64,000 nt of DNA from Octopus sinensis (Eukaryota): positions 20,336,001-20,400,000 of the forward strand of contig NC_042997.1 of assembly GCF_006345805.1 (NCBI RefSeq). The letters are read 5' to 3'. The notes under the pieces were generated by a model. The model saw nothing but the letters and a program-made list of their open reading frames with translations. It made no database searches and was not told where the DNA came from. The translations under genes and the position numbers were made by a program. Shown piece by piece: positions 1 through 11,620 of the stretch. Each line of letters opens with the position of its first letter. Positions within the stretch are counted from its first letter, which is position 1.

Positions 1-196
1 TATATACATACACACACATACATATATACATACACACATACATACATATATGCATACATGCATACATACATACACACATACATATATATACATACATACA
101 TGCATACATACATACACATATATACATACATACATGCATACATACATACGCACATACATACATAGATACACACATACGTATATACATACATACATG

Positions 197-230
<34 letters not shown>

Positions 231-234
231 TACA

Positions 235-265
<31 letters not shown>
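1..265. repeat. Compound (TACA)n/(CA)n microsatellite
   Basis: Directly visible; produces the spurious HTYI-repeat ORF 50..412. Confidence 0.97.
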
Positions 266-694
266 GTATTTAATATAATTCAGGTAAAAACCTCAGTAAT
301 TGCATCAAGTACATTATTTTCCACCAATCAAATTATCAGATTCTGGGAAACACAAGAACAAATATGTCATCTTTTTTTCGCAAGAAAGATAGCCAGGGTC
401 ATAAACAGATGACACAGCATTCTAACCAATCACTTGCAAAATTTTATTTTACTTATTTTGTTTTAACCCATTGACACACTTCATCCTCTACTTGATAAAA
501 GTCATCCTGCAGTTTTGTTTTATTTTTGTTTTTATCTTTTTATTACAACTAACACTCAAATAAGATTATATTTGCTATTATATTTTTCATTTTTACTTAC
601 TACTATGAATACCACGAAGGTTACCTTTACTCTGTTATTGTTGTTGGTGCTATTATTGTAATATTATTTTTGTATTTGTTCTTGTGTCCTTCAG

Positions 695-719
695 AATCTG
701 ATAATTTGATTCGTGGAAA
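695..719 (+). CDS. Candidate short internal exon of an unidentified + strand gene, (E)SDNLIRG(K)
   Basis: Acceptor ttgttcttgtgtccttcag, donor AA|gtaatg. Phase 1 in, phase 2 out; joins in frame to 3512-3554. Confidence 0.35.
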
Positions 720-749
720 GTAATGTACATCATATGCATAGAGGCTTCA

Positions 750-1312
750 GAAAAATCTAACTTTGATCAATAGTATTCCACTCGATGGAGCGCCCACATA
801 CAGCTGTCGCAGAAAAATATTCAACTATATAGCTGTTACAGAAAATAATCGTGTATAAAAGTATATGAATACAAGCAAAACGCCCCCCGTCCAATGGACG
901 GTGCTGAGTTGTCAAACATTTAAACCAAATTTTCTCAAAACAACTTGTCCCACCGTCCCATAGGCCTCCCCTTTGATTTAACCTAAATTTGAGACACCAG
1001 CAAAAGAAGTAATAGACTTTTTTTCTATTCCAAAGAAAAACGATTTTATTCACACAAATATGCAACTGAAGAGTTTAAAGTACCAGTAAGTACATCGCAA
1101 CAGCTGATGTACTGGCACATACAAATGCACTTTCTCATGGCTTTATCGATCGCATTGTAACCTGGAATCGATTTTTGTAATTTTTTCAAGACTTATACAC
1201 GCCCTGAAACCGTTGGTATCTACATATCAAATTTGAGCACAAATGGATGGAGGATGCTTGAGATCCTAGAAGACACACACACAAACAGACAGTATGGATT
1301 TTATATAATAGA
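750..1312 (-). mobile_element. Putative non-autonomous Helitron-like element
   Basis: Minus-strand 5' end A|TCTATTATATAAAATCCATACTGTCTGTTTGTG resembles the other Helitron 5' ends here. The 3' CTAG/hairpin is not clearly seen. Confidence 0.35.
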
Positions 1313-1599
1313 TAAACTCAGCAATTTCAAGCTGGTCTGATGCCAAAACAAATGTTTTGAGCTACAATTAAAGCTTGATATCCTCTATCTCATGCTATAT
1401 TATTCTTACATATATATGTACATGTATACACATGCACACGCACAAAATATATAAAAAGCATTGGTGATGGTGACACATAAAAAACACCCAGTATATACTC
1501 AGTAACGTAGATGGCATTAGGAAGGGAATCCAGCTTGGAAACCAAGCCAAAATAGACTATGGAACCTGGCGTGGCCCCCTGAATAATAATAAAAATAAT

Positions 1600-1812
1600 A
1601 AATATTTTCTACAATAGGCACAAATCCTGAAAATTTGGGAAAGGGTGCTAGTCAATTGCATCAACCCAATGCTCAATTAGTACTTATTTTTTAGTGACTT
1701 CAAAAGGATGAAAGGCAAAGTTGACCTCAGCAGAACTTGAACTCAGAACATAAAGTTGGATGAAATGACACTAAGCATTTTGCCTGGAATGCTAACAGCT
1801 TTTGAGAGCTCA
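1600..1812 (-). mobile_element. tRNA-derived SINE (family 2), decayed
   Basis: Shares ggatgaaaggcaaagttgacctc...gaactcagaac with copies at 21052, 22965 and 47962. Confidence 0.8.
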
Positions 1813-1819
1813 GTGCCTT

Positions 1820-1849
1820 AATAATAATATTAACAATAATAACAATGAT

Positions 1850-1882
<33 letters not shown>

Positions 1883-2020
1883 TATAATAATAATAATAAT
1901 GATAATAATAATGATAATAATAATAATAATAATAGTAATAATAATAATAACAATAATAATAATAAGGTCTCTGGGTGAGATTTGGAGCCAACTTGTATAA
2001 ATATAAAGCAAAAGTCAAAC

Positions 2021-2062
<42 letters not shown>

Positions 2063-2097
2063 TGATGATGATGACGATGATGATGATAATGATGATG

Positions 2098-2134
<37 letters not shown>

Positions 2135-2138
2135 GATA
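1820..2138. repeat. (AAT)n/(GAT)n trinucleotide tracts
   Basis: Directly visible; source of poly-I/Y/L ORFs. Confidence 0.97.
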
Positions 2139-2693
2139 ATGCCCTGATGCAGTACCAGGCAGTGGCTCTCATGGCTTCTGATCTTAACTGATTGGAAGTG
2201 TTATCATGTACATTGTTTTGTCTTGGTATAAAAGATGGGCTACAGCAAATATTCTGCTCTATACCACAGATTTGCTTGCCAGTTGTTTGACCTTAACCAG
2301 TTGAGCGTGTCCCTTTGTGGCTGACGATATGTGCATCTCTGATCATGAGCAGAAGTAGTGGGGTAGCATCATAGCCATGTGTTGAAAGGGATTTCTTTGG
2401 GGTTTGAATAATTCACCTCTGGAAACATGAGTGTTTCGTTCAACATCCTTAAACAACCCTTGTTCAGAGACCTTTTGAGCGGATGGGTTACTCGACCTGA
2501 AGAAAATTCTAACTGGGCCCCACCTGCAAGGTCATGTGCTGTTTATCTTGATATGAGATCACCATGTCACGCACATATGGCTGTGATGCATGTGCCTAGT
2601 GTACCCTTATCAGACGAGTAGTCATGACGAGTATACTGGGCTTCGTATATTTTACCCTAGTGTCACTTTGATGGCATGCACTGCTCTCTCATT
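2139..2693. other. Unclassified GC-richer segment embedded between (AAT)n tracts, probable interspersed repeat
   Basis: Sharp composition change, with (AAT)n on both sides. No second copy in the window and no coding motif recognised. Confidence 0.4.
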
Positions 2694-2694
2694 C

Positions 2695-2735
<41 letters not shown>

Positions 2736-2783
2736 TAATAATAATAATAATGATAATAATAATGATAACAATAATAATTATTA
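2694..2783. repeat. (AAT)n tract
   Basis: Directly visible. Confidence 0.95.
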
Positions 2784-2784
2784 T

Positions 2785-3115
2785 TGGGGAGATCCCTTCG
2801 GTCATGAATGACCATGGGATTGCACCTAGAAAGTTACCCTCCGAGGTACAAGTCCGGGCAAGGTTGTTTATGGAAGGCCTGCAGTTGCCCATGCATACCA
2901 GCCTCCTCTCTCCACACCACTAATGTTATCCAAGGGAAAGGCATGGGGCTGATACAGCTTGGCACCTGTGACGTCACAACTCACTTCTACAGCTGAGTTA
3001 ACTGGAGCAACGTGAAATAAAGTGTCTTGCTCAAGAACACAACATGCAGCCTGGTCCGGGAATCGAACTCATGATCGTAAGCTCGACACTTTAACTACTG
3101 AGCTATGCATCTTCA
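2785..3115 (-). mobile_element. tRNA-derived SINE (head B + tail Z)
   Basis: Minus strand shows A/B-box-like tagctcagtagttaa...gagttcgattccc. Central ttgtgttcttgagcaagacact...gttgctccagt is shared with 45890-46157. Confidence 0.8.
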
Positions 3116-3511
3116 CAATAATTATAGTAATAATAATAATAATAATAATAATGATTATTATTATTATTGTTATAAGCTATATGAAGGGTGATAAATGGTA
3201 GATAAAATGAGCTGCAATATATATAGTTAAATCCTTTTATGTTTTGTGTTCAAATCCTGTAAAAGTTTATTTTTCCTGCTTTTAGAGTTGATAAAATAAG
3301 TACCATACTGGAGCTTATTTTATTGATCATTCCCTTTCACAAAGTTTATGGTCAGGCCAACACTATTATTTTCTTTTTTGTAATGAGTTTTATGTGTTTG
3401 AGGAAAAAATTTCTACTCAAAACCTTAATGCATTTTATATCGATTAAAAGGCAGGAATAAAAGATAACAAGACAAACTAAATAATTGTTTCTTTTATTTT
3501 TAAATTATCAG

Positions 3512-3554
3512 AAAGCCTGCAAACATCATACGCTCTGCCTCACCACCTGATTAA
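3512..3554 (+). CDS. Candidate terminal coding exon, (K)KPANIIRSASPPD*
   Basis: Acceptor gtttcttttatttttaaattatcag; open in phase 2 to TAA; phase-compatible with 695-719. Confidence 0.4.
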
Positions 3555-4004
3555 GCTATAAAAAATGGTTCCATCATGTTTTTAATTAAGGTTTTGTTCT
3601 TTGGCCCTATGAATTCAAACCTCAACAATAATTGTTGTAAAAGTATTTTACAAGATAACATTTTAAGAGTGAAACACTCCATCGTGAAGTAACCACAGAA
3701 ATATCTATTTTTAGTTATATTAGTTTCACTTATCAACAAAATGGTCACACATTGTAGGAGTGGGACAGAAATATTTGAAGGACCACTAGTGTTTGTTTTA
3801 GCAACCATTTGCAGAGGGAGGAATGATTAAATTGGTCTTATTGAAGTTTGAATTCAGAACATAAATGAGTATAATTAATGCATCACAAGGGAATTTTGAA
3901 GTACTCAGCCATTTCCAAAAACCTACTGATTTTATATTGTTGTTGTTTAGCTAAGCATTCCAGTCAAGACCACCCTGTCCTTTTAGAGAACTATCTATTT
4001 ATCT

Positions 4005-4400
4005 TGATCTTTCATCTTTTACTGTTTTCAGTCATTGGACTGTGGCCATACTGGAGTACCGCCTTGAAGGGTTTAATAAAAAAAGTCAACCCTTAGTACT
4101 TATTCTTTTCAAATGTAGTATTTATTCTACCTTGGCAAATACTGTTATGGAGACATAAACAAACCAACACTGCTTGTCAAGTGGTACTGAGAAACTAACA
4201 CAAAAGCACACATACACACATATCTATATATGTATATGACAAGCTTCCTGCAGTTTCCATCCACCAAATCCACATAGAAGTCTTTAGTTATCCTAGGGCT
4301 ATAGTAGAAGACACTTGCCCAAGGTGCTACACACAGAGATTGAACTTAGAAGCATGTGGTTGGGAAGCAAGCTTCTTGCTATGTAGCCACAACTATGCCC
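4005..4400 (-). mobile_element. tRNA-derived SINE family 1 (internal CA/TA microsatellite)
   Basis: Homologous to 8875-9785, 22125-22520, 42640-43035 and 46365-46780 (cagtcatttgactgcggccatgctggagcaccgcc; gaagacacttgcccaagg). Confidence 0.85.
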
Positions 4401-4615
4401 ATTGTGCATATCATTCATTTTTACATAAGGTAGCAGATTGTGGTTTGGGAAAGATTTGCTATTTCTACTAGGTCTAGCAACCATACTGTATGGTTGCTAG
4501 TCTTGGTAGAAATAGCAACTAAATCTCTGGTTTCTTTGTTGTTTTTATTTCCATTTCCACTGGCAATGACATAAAGAGCTGACAATGGCATTTACTAAAT
4601 GACATGGTGCATAAA

Positions 4616-4835
4616 CCCTTTAGCATTCAAATTGGTCATATCCGGCCCAAATATTCTACCTGCTTTATACTCAAACTCATCAGATCCCACTTCTCACACC
4701 TACTCTACAATATCATTCAAAAATTAAACAATCACATCATTGAAATCTCAACGTTATGAGATAATGCATAATTAATTCAAAGCAATATGATTAGATATGC
4801 TTTACATTTGGCAGAATAACCTGAAAGCTAAAGAG
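4616..4835. mobile_element. TTAA-type (piggyBac-like) MITE
   Basis: Imperfect TIRs ccctttagcattca / tgaaagctaaagag; TTAA at 4836-4839. Confidence 0.5.
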
Positions 4836-6235
4836 TTAAAACTGGTGGGAGTTCCACTCAGTATCATGTCCAGTATCTCATGCCTTCATACCTGTAGTTG
4901 CTGTTCAGCTCACAATCAGTTCCAAGCCAGCAGACATATGGTCAAAGTTGTTCCATTCAGAACCATTCCATTTTTAAAGATATTTTTGTAGAGTTTAACT
5001 AAGACTACATTACTCAGTATGTCCTGTCATTTTACTGCAGTAGGCTGAGATTTCAGAGAATTTTTTTTTTATTTCTAGAAGGCTGAGTGACCAAAGAGAA
5101 GCTTTCTCTCTCTTTGGTTCAAGAAATTTGTTAAAGTATAAGCATAAGATATACAGGCAGTGGAAGACTGGCCAGGTTGCCTGATGGCAAGTGGGCTCAT
5201 GTGCCATCAGAATCTATGAAGGGGTGCATTTTAGTATCTAAGGGGCCAATACCCTCAAGTTTGAGAATTATTTATTCACTTCTGGAAAAATGCATTAATT
5301 ATTTCAGCCTGGCTGTGTTTGTAGACAGTTGAAAAGAATACATTTAACAAAAGAAAAAAAGATTAAATGATAGCATTGTAGTTGTGGGTGGGCCCCCTTA
5401 GTCTCCTGGCAACCAATATTTTTAGACCCAGTCTGCCACTACAGATAAGGGAGTAACATTCACGGAAATCAAATTACAATTTGATATCTTGAAAAGTTAC
5501 AATTGAAATTTGAATAAAATAAAAGGAGGAAAATGACAGAATATTAAAAGATTAAATTTTTACAATGATGTAGATGAGAAATTTAATATATTACCACAGG
5601 ATTCAATAGCAAACAAATAAGTAAGATATGCAATACCAAACTGCTGGAACACATGGGATCTAAAATGAAATTATTTTCCGCTTGTGTGTATTTTGTGATG
5701 GTAGTACGAAGGGTTTATCTCACCAGGGTGACTTAGTTTGCATAAAAGTCTACAAATTGTTAAGGCTACAAGACAAAATGTTTGTGACTGCCTATTTAAG
5801 AACACAACAGGATTCTGATAGATTTCTTTTTCAGTCTTTTTATATATTTTTCATTAACACCAAAATGTGTGCAGAAAGCCAGCAAGTGCTTAAATATATA
5901 ATGTATATTTATAGATATCTTTAGATTTCTGACACCGCATGATGGTTATAATTGATTTTATCTATCAAAATTGACGTTAATATTAATTTTACGTTTAATG
6001 TTCTTTTCAATTTAGCATCTTTGTTCAACATTATAGCGTTAAGGATGTGAATTTTAAAGTCAAATGTATTCAAATAAATTTACATGAATATGTCTTGTCA
6101 TTTTGAAATAGGAAATCTTTTGTTAAATTTGAATTACAGCAAAAAGCCACTGTATGTGTATGAGTGTGTGTATATCTACATATATATGTGTGTGTATGTG
6201 TGAGTATATATATATATTTATTTACACAAGCACAC

Positions 6236-6286
<51 letters not shown>

Positions 6287-6318
6287 TAGATAGATAGATA
6301 TATATATAGATAGATAGC

Positions 6319-6352
<34 letters not shown>

Positions 6353-6746
6353 CAATGATGATGATAGTTTCTCATAGTCCAAAAAAGACAGTTCTACAAT
6401 TTCTTGCTGAACAAGCTGTACAAATGACTTTGTTTCCAGTGATCAAATGTATATGTTGTACATTAGCTCATTCCCTCCACCAAATCAAAATTCTTTGAAC
6501 AGATGCATGGTGTACCACATGTCAAGTATTGAAGTGACTGCACAATAACATGAGATGACGTGTTTTGCTCAAGAACAAAATGCGAAACTTGGTTCAGGAA
6601 CTGAAGCCATGTCTATGAATGCAAAACCTTAATCACTGGACCATGCATCCTCTCTCATATATATATATATATATGCAGATATGTATGTATATATATATAT
6701 ATTTTATTACATTATATTATATTATTATTATATATATATATGTATA

Positions 6747-6779
<33 letters not shown>

Positions 6780-6796
6780 TATTATATACATGTGCA

Positions 6797-7010
6797 GGGA
6801 TGGTGGTGATCCCTGCTGCACCCTTTCACCACAACTTTCTCTCACTCTTACTTCCTGTTTCTGTTGTACTTGTATTTCAAAGGGCCGGCCTTGTCACTCT
6901 CTGTGTCACGCTGAATATCCCTGAGTACCACGTTAAGGGTACACGTGTCTGTGGAGTGCTCAGCCACTCACACGTTAATTTCACGACAGGCTGTTCTGTT
7001 GAAGAGCATA
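6797..7010 (+). mobile_element. 5'-truncated SINE (same family as 34827-35181)
   Basis: Close match over ~210 bp to the reverse complement of 34880-35090. Confidence 0.85.
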
Positions 7011-7898
7011 GGCTCAAAACATAAATGACTTTCTCACCTGTCTGAGTGTTAAACTAATACACCTGTCTTCATCTTTTGTTTTTCTGCAAATTTCAAGTAT
7101 ATATATATATATATATGCATGTATACATGTATACATTTTTATGTGTATATATGCATGTGTATATATTTGTGTCTGTATGTGTGTGAACATGCCCATGTAA
7201 ATATATATATATATATATATGCACACACACAAGCACACTTACACACACACATATACATGCACATACACACACCCATGTTATGTATATTATCACTATCATT
7301 TTTTAAATCTCCATCTTCCATACTGCTATTGTTTGAGCAGTTTGACAGAACTGGATGAGATAGAGGACTGCATTGAACTCCAATGTCATCTGTTTTGGCA
7401 TGACTACCTATAGATGGAACCTTTCTGATGCCAACCAATTTACAGAGTGTACTGGAGGCTTGTTTCAAAGTACCAGCACTCACAAAGCTACCATTTGGTT
7501 TGCAAGCCTAAGATCCCCTATAACTGAGAGAGATTACAATAAAGAGGAAGACATTTTTATGCTAGGTGATAAAAGGTTAAAGTAACAAAGAAGGAGCATT
7601 GTACAAAATTAGGGTTAGAGTAGTGAAGGTAGAGTTTGAAATGGAGATAAAGATGGGAGTGTCTAGATGTAAGGGTTAACCTTCAACATGCAAGAAAATG
7701 AACAGGATTGAATGGGGACAAAAGGAAAAGAAAGGATGAGTGGTGAGTAAGGAGAGTATGGAGAGTAAGAAGTGATTAGAAAAAAATACCTAGGACATAC
7801 TGTAAAGTGGTTGGTGTTAAGAGCAGCCACCTTCAGAAATCTAACCAAAGAAGACCCTGAAGCATGAAATAGTCTTTGAATTCATCAGGTGCTAATAA

Positions 7899-8119
7899 CC
7901 CTTTCATTACCGTATTTATTTTGAGATGCTCTGTGTTTCTTTCAATTATTCTAAATAGAACAAAGAATTAAGTAAAATAACTTAGTTATCATTAAGCTAG
8001 TGTTAGGAACATAAATAGGGACTAAGGTTTGGTGGAAGATTTTAATTCAAAACTTATGGAAACAAGGCATTTGTACTATGGAGCCAGAGCCAGTTTCAGA
8101 GGGGTTGGTAACAAAAGGG
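7899..8119. mobile_element. TTAA-type (piggyBac-like) MITE
   Basis: TIRs ccctttcattacc / ggtaacaaaaggg, TTAA at 8120-8123; same family as 19705-19922 in the opposite orientation. Confidence 0.7.
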
Positions 8120-8378
8120 TTAAACAGTCCAACCCATGCCAGTGTCAAACATGTATGTTAAATGTTTATGAATGACAATCATAATGAAGATGATGCCATA
8201 TATATACACCTGCATTCATTCAAAATTTAATATTATTATTACCTTACTTAAATATAACTTTTCTAAAATCATTAATATTACAACGCTTATATAAAAATAT
8301 TTAAACTATTTTATGGCTTATATTTGGCTGTTACCGTATTAGGAAATTGATATACCAAGTTAGTGAGTAATTGAATCA

Positions 8379-8443
8379 TTATGAATTAATAAAAGAAAAT
8401 ATATTTAGTTTTCCTCTTGATACTGCTATATCACAAGGACATT
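8379..8443 (-). CDS. Candidate terminal coding exon of a minus-strand gene, xCPCDIAVSRGKLNIFSFINS*
   Basis: Strong acceptor tttccttttttttctttacag; only the phase-1 frame stays open, for 20 codons to TAA. Confidence 0.35.
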
Positions 8444-9075
8444 CTGTAAAGAAAAAAAAGGAAATTTTTTATTCTTTTTATTTGAAAATGTCTATTTATC
8501 TAATATATATGCAACTACTATGTCTCGTCTCTTGAAATTATGTAATTAACTGTATCACTTGTAAATTATTCATGATGTATAGAGTTGTCAGGATAATATT
8601 ATTTTATGGGAAATATATAAACTGTTTCAAGTTATAACTTCAAATCACAAGAGAGACTAAAAGTTTAGTTTCACAATACTACTAAATAACAGTCAAATAT
8701 ATACTGGCTACTTTACTTCAGCAGTTAGCTATAACTAGTACAGTACTGTTTCACACCTAAGTGAAATAGGTTTGTGAAAATTAAATGCCTTCAAACTAAG
8801 TGTGATATGTTGATTGACCAGTGTTTTTTATTGATGTAGTGATTTGTAAAACTGGCTTCATTCATATCAATTCTCTTTTATCTCTTTTACTTCTTTCAGT
8901 CATTTGACTGCGGCCATGCTGGAGCACCGCCTTTAGTCGAGCAAATCGACTCCAGGACTTATTCTTTGTAAGCCTAGTACTTATTATATTGGTCTTTTTT
9001 GCTGAACCGCTAAGTTACGGGGACATAAACACACCGCCATTGGTTGTCAAGCAATGTGGGGGGGTACAAACACAG

Positions 9076-9110
<35 letters not shown>

Positions 9111-9202
9111 ATATTAATTCGAGACAAAACCACTATTTTGCAAAACAAACAAGGAAAGACTTAATCAATACATAAAAATTTTTAATATAAAGAAATAAAC
9201 CG

Positions 9203-9245
9203 CCACTACAATCGTTTCATGTCTTCAATGACATTCGTCAGGTGG
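9203..9245 (-). ncRNA. Minimal hammerhead ribozyme motif (left-arm copy)
   Basis: Exact reverse complement of 9339-9381. Confidence 0.7.
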
Positions 9246-9338
9246 ATTTTCGATCTCCTAATCTGTTTTAATTTAAATTAAAACAGATTAGGAGATCGAA
9301 AATCCACCTGACTTAAAACAGATTAGGAGATCGAAAAT

Positions 9339-9381
9339 CCACCTGACGAATGTCATTGAAGACATGAAACGATTGTAGTGG
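9339..9381 (+). ncRNA. Minimal type I hammerhead ribozyme motif (Penelope-like)
   Basis: ccac CTGACGA atgtc-attgaa-gacat GAAA c-gatt-g TA gtgg: intact core, 5-bp stem II, 1-bp stem III with near-palindromic loop, GUA triplet, 4-bp stem I. Confidence 0.7.
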
Positions 9382-9553
9382 CGGTTTATTTCTTTATATT
9401 AAAAATTTTTATGTATTGATTAAGTCTTTCCTCGTTTGTTTTGCAAAATAGTGGTTTTGTCTCGAATTAATATTATATAATATTTTACTATAAAATTGGA
9501 TTTAATCCTAAATCTGATTTTTTCCCTGTAAATTTGGGTTTATTCCCTAATAT

Positions 9554-9613
<60 letters not shown>

Positions 9614-10263
9614 ATATAATCGACGGGATTCTTTCAGTTTCCATCTACCAAATCCACTCACAAGGCTTTGGTCGGCCCGAGGCTATAGTAGAAGACACTT
9701 GCCCAAGCTACCATGCAGTGGGAATGAACCCGGAACCATGTGGCTGGTAAGCAAGCTACTTACCACACAGCTGCTCCTGCACCTAATAATTAGTAATTAT
9801 TTTGTTTTTTGATTTACCAATTCTAGAGCTCTGTGCTTCAGTACTAAGATAATTTTTTTTTTTCTCTTTGGTAAATTGCATCAAACTCCTTTCTGCTTTA
9901 AATCTCATTTAAAACGGTATCACTTCACATAGACACTTGTGAACAGTTAGTATCAATTAAATAGAGTTTGGATAAAATACAGCTACCCTGACATTAACAC
10001 TAATTTTCTGTTGAAGTATTTTGAAGTATTTCAGCTATTTCATCATGGAAACTGGGTGTTTAAATTGGAAACCAGAGAACACCTTTCTAAATGTCATAAT
10101 TTAATATTATTAAAGTATTTTAAAATAGAAATTTTGATTTCCAGAAAACATTTCAAAACTGCATAAAATGAATTCAATGGGAAACAATGATGTAGAATTT
10201 TCTATGCTACATTTTTCTACATGTTGCCAAATTAATCAACTCAAACTAAATATATATACTTCT

Positions 10264-10400
10264 ATGTATGTATGTATGTATGTATGTATGTATGTATGTA
10301 TGTATGTATGTATGTATGTATGTATGTATGTATGTATGTATGTGTGTATGTATGTATGTATGTATGTATGTGTGTATGTATGTATGTACGCATGCATGCA
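10264..10400. repeat. (TATG)n microsatellite
   Basis: Directly visible. Confidence 0.97.
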
Positions 10401-10409
10401 TGTCATTAT

Positions 10410-11620
10410 TCTATTTATTTCAAGATTTCTTGGCAATAGTGAAAGAACTGATTTCTAATCTAGATCCAAGGTTCCTTCATTGGAATTTCAACATCAGCCA
10501 CAAGTTATTTTTGTATGTATGTATGTATGTATGTATGTATGATGTATGTATGTATGTATGTATGTATGTATGTATGTGTTTGTGTGTATGTATGTATCTA
10601 TTCTCATGCATATAGTTACATATCTAAACATGCTCATATATATTTAAGTGATAAACTTCTGGAAAGTTTAACAGATTTTCACAATTCCAGCGATGAATTG
10701 GATCTGTAGTCTTCGAATTAGCTTTCTCCTTTCTAGTTTTGAGATGCCTAATTTCTGAAGATTGGTATTTAGGCAGTATGTTACATATCCCAGGGCCCCT
10801 TACAGGTATAAACCTGAACTTGTAATCTTTATAGAGAAACTGCAAATTTCTCAATAGTTCAGCATATGTGTTCGCTTTTACACTGATCTTCAGCTTTATG
10901 TTAACACCCTCTGGGCTGCTAATTTCCACAACTGTGCACAGTTTCTCTTCTATATCCCAAATCATTATACCAGGTCTGTTGTGCTTACATTTTTATTGAG
11001 GTCTTCACTGGTACATTCCACCAGTATTCCTTTTTATTATGAGAGGCTATATCTTCTACCGTATTATGGGTTTTCATTTCTTTCTCCTCGAGATTATCCT
11101 TCCGATGGATTTCATTATAGAGTGTCCTAGCTATGTCATGTCTCATAAGTAGATAATACCATGACAACATTTTCAGACAACTACTTTTGATGTGGATGAT
11201 GTCTTCAATGTGAACTCCACAAAGTCTGCATCAGATGTCACATTTTACGGCTTTTCCTACATCTCTACCTCTTTTGTGCATCAGGTACTTGGTTGATATT
11301 TCCTGTTCCCAGATTGCAAACACATACCCTTCAAAGTGGGAGATAGTAATCCAGCTATTCGTCCATGATAAACTGCTTTGATGATCAATGTTACTATCAT
11401 CACAGAGCTTTCTACAAACATAGCAATGCATAGTCTTCTGCTCATATAGGTTCGTCTTTTCTTCTGATGATATGTTGCAGTGGAGTCGTGTGGCTTCTTT
11501 GAGCATGTATTCTAGGTTATCAGAGCTGCCTTCCAAGTCTTATGATGTTATCAACCTCATATGAACAAACTTGGTCAAGGGATACACTTCAACAATTGGC
11601 AGTTAAAAAATGTTGCTGAA
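10410..11620 (-). mobile_element. 5'-truncated R4/Dong-like (RLE) non-LTR retrotransposon, copy 1
   Basis: Decayed FEGYVFAIWEQEI, Zn-knuckle/RHD region (YYLLMRHDIAR), EYWWNVPV and WDIEEKLCTVVEIS...LLRNLQFLYKDYKFRFIPV; flanked by (TACA)n. Confidence 0.8.

Larger units (their letters stand above)
9105..9479. repeat. Near-perfect palindrome (170-bp arms, no spacer) with a 35-bp tandem duplication in the right arm; probable Penelope-like terminal repeat
   Basis: Centre 9274|9275 (ttttaattt|aaattaaaa); 9278-9312 = 9313-9347; one arm mismatch noted by eye. Confidence 0.9.
8875..9785 (-). mobile_element. SINE family 1 copy interrupted in its internal (TA)n by the 9105-9560 insert
   Basis: 3' half at 8875-9104 and 5' half at ~9600-9785 are collinear with the uninterrupted copy at 46365-46780. 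Confidence 0.85.

Noticed and set aside
50-412. ORFs such as 50..412, 1727..2172, 10268..10615, 40046..40470 and 63658..63952
   Set aside because: They are translations of (TACA)n, (AAT)n, (TA)n and (AGAT)n microsatellites.
5175-5415. Possible hAT-type MITE (ggttgcc...ggcaacc)
   Set aside because: The inverted match is only ~8 bp and no 8-bp TSD was found.
9275-9347. Short direct repeats as a possible CRISPR array
   Set aside because: Only one adjacent 35-bp duplication, no spacers, no cas genes, eukaryotic context.
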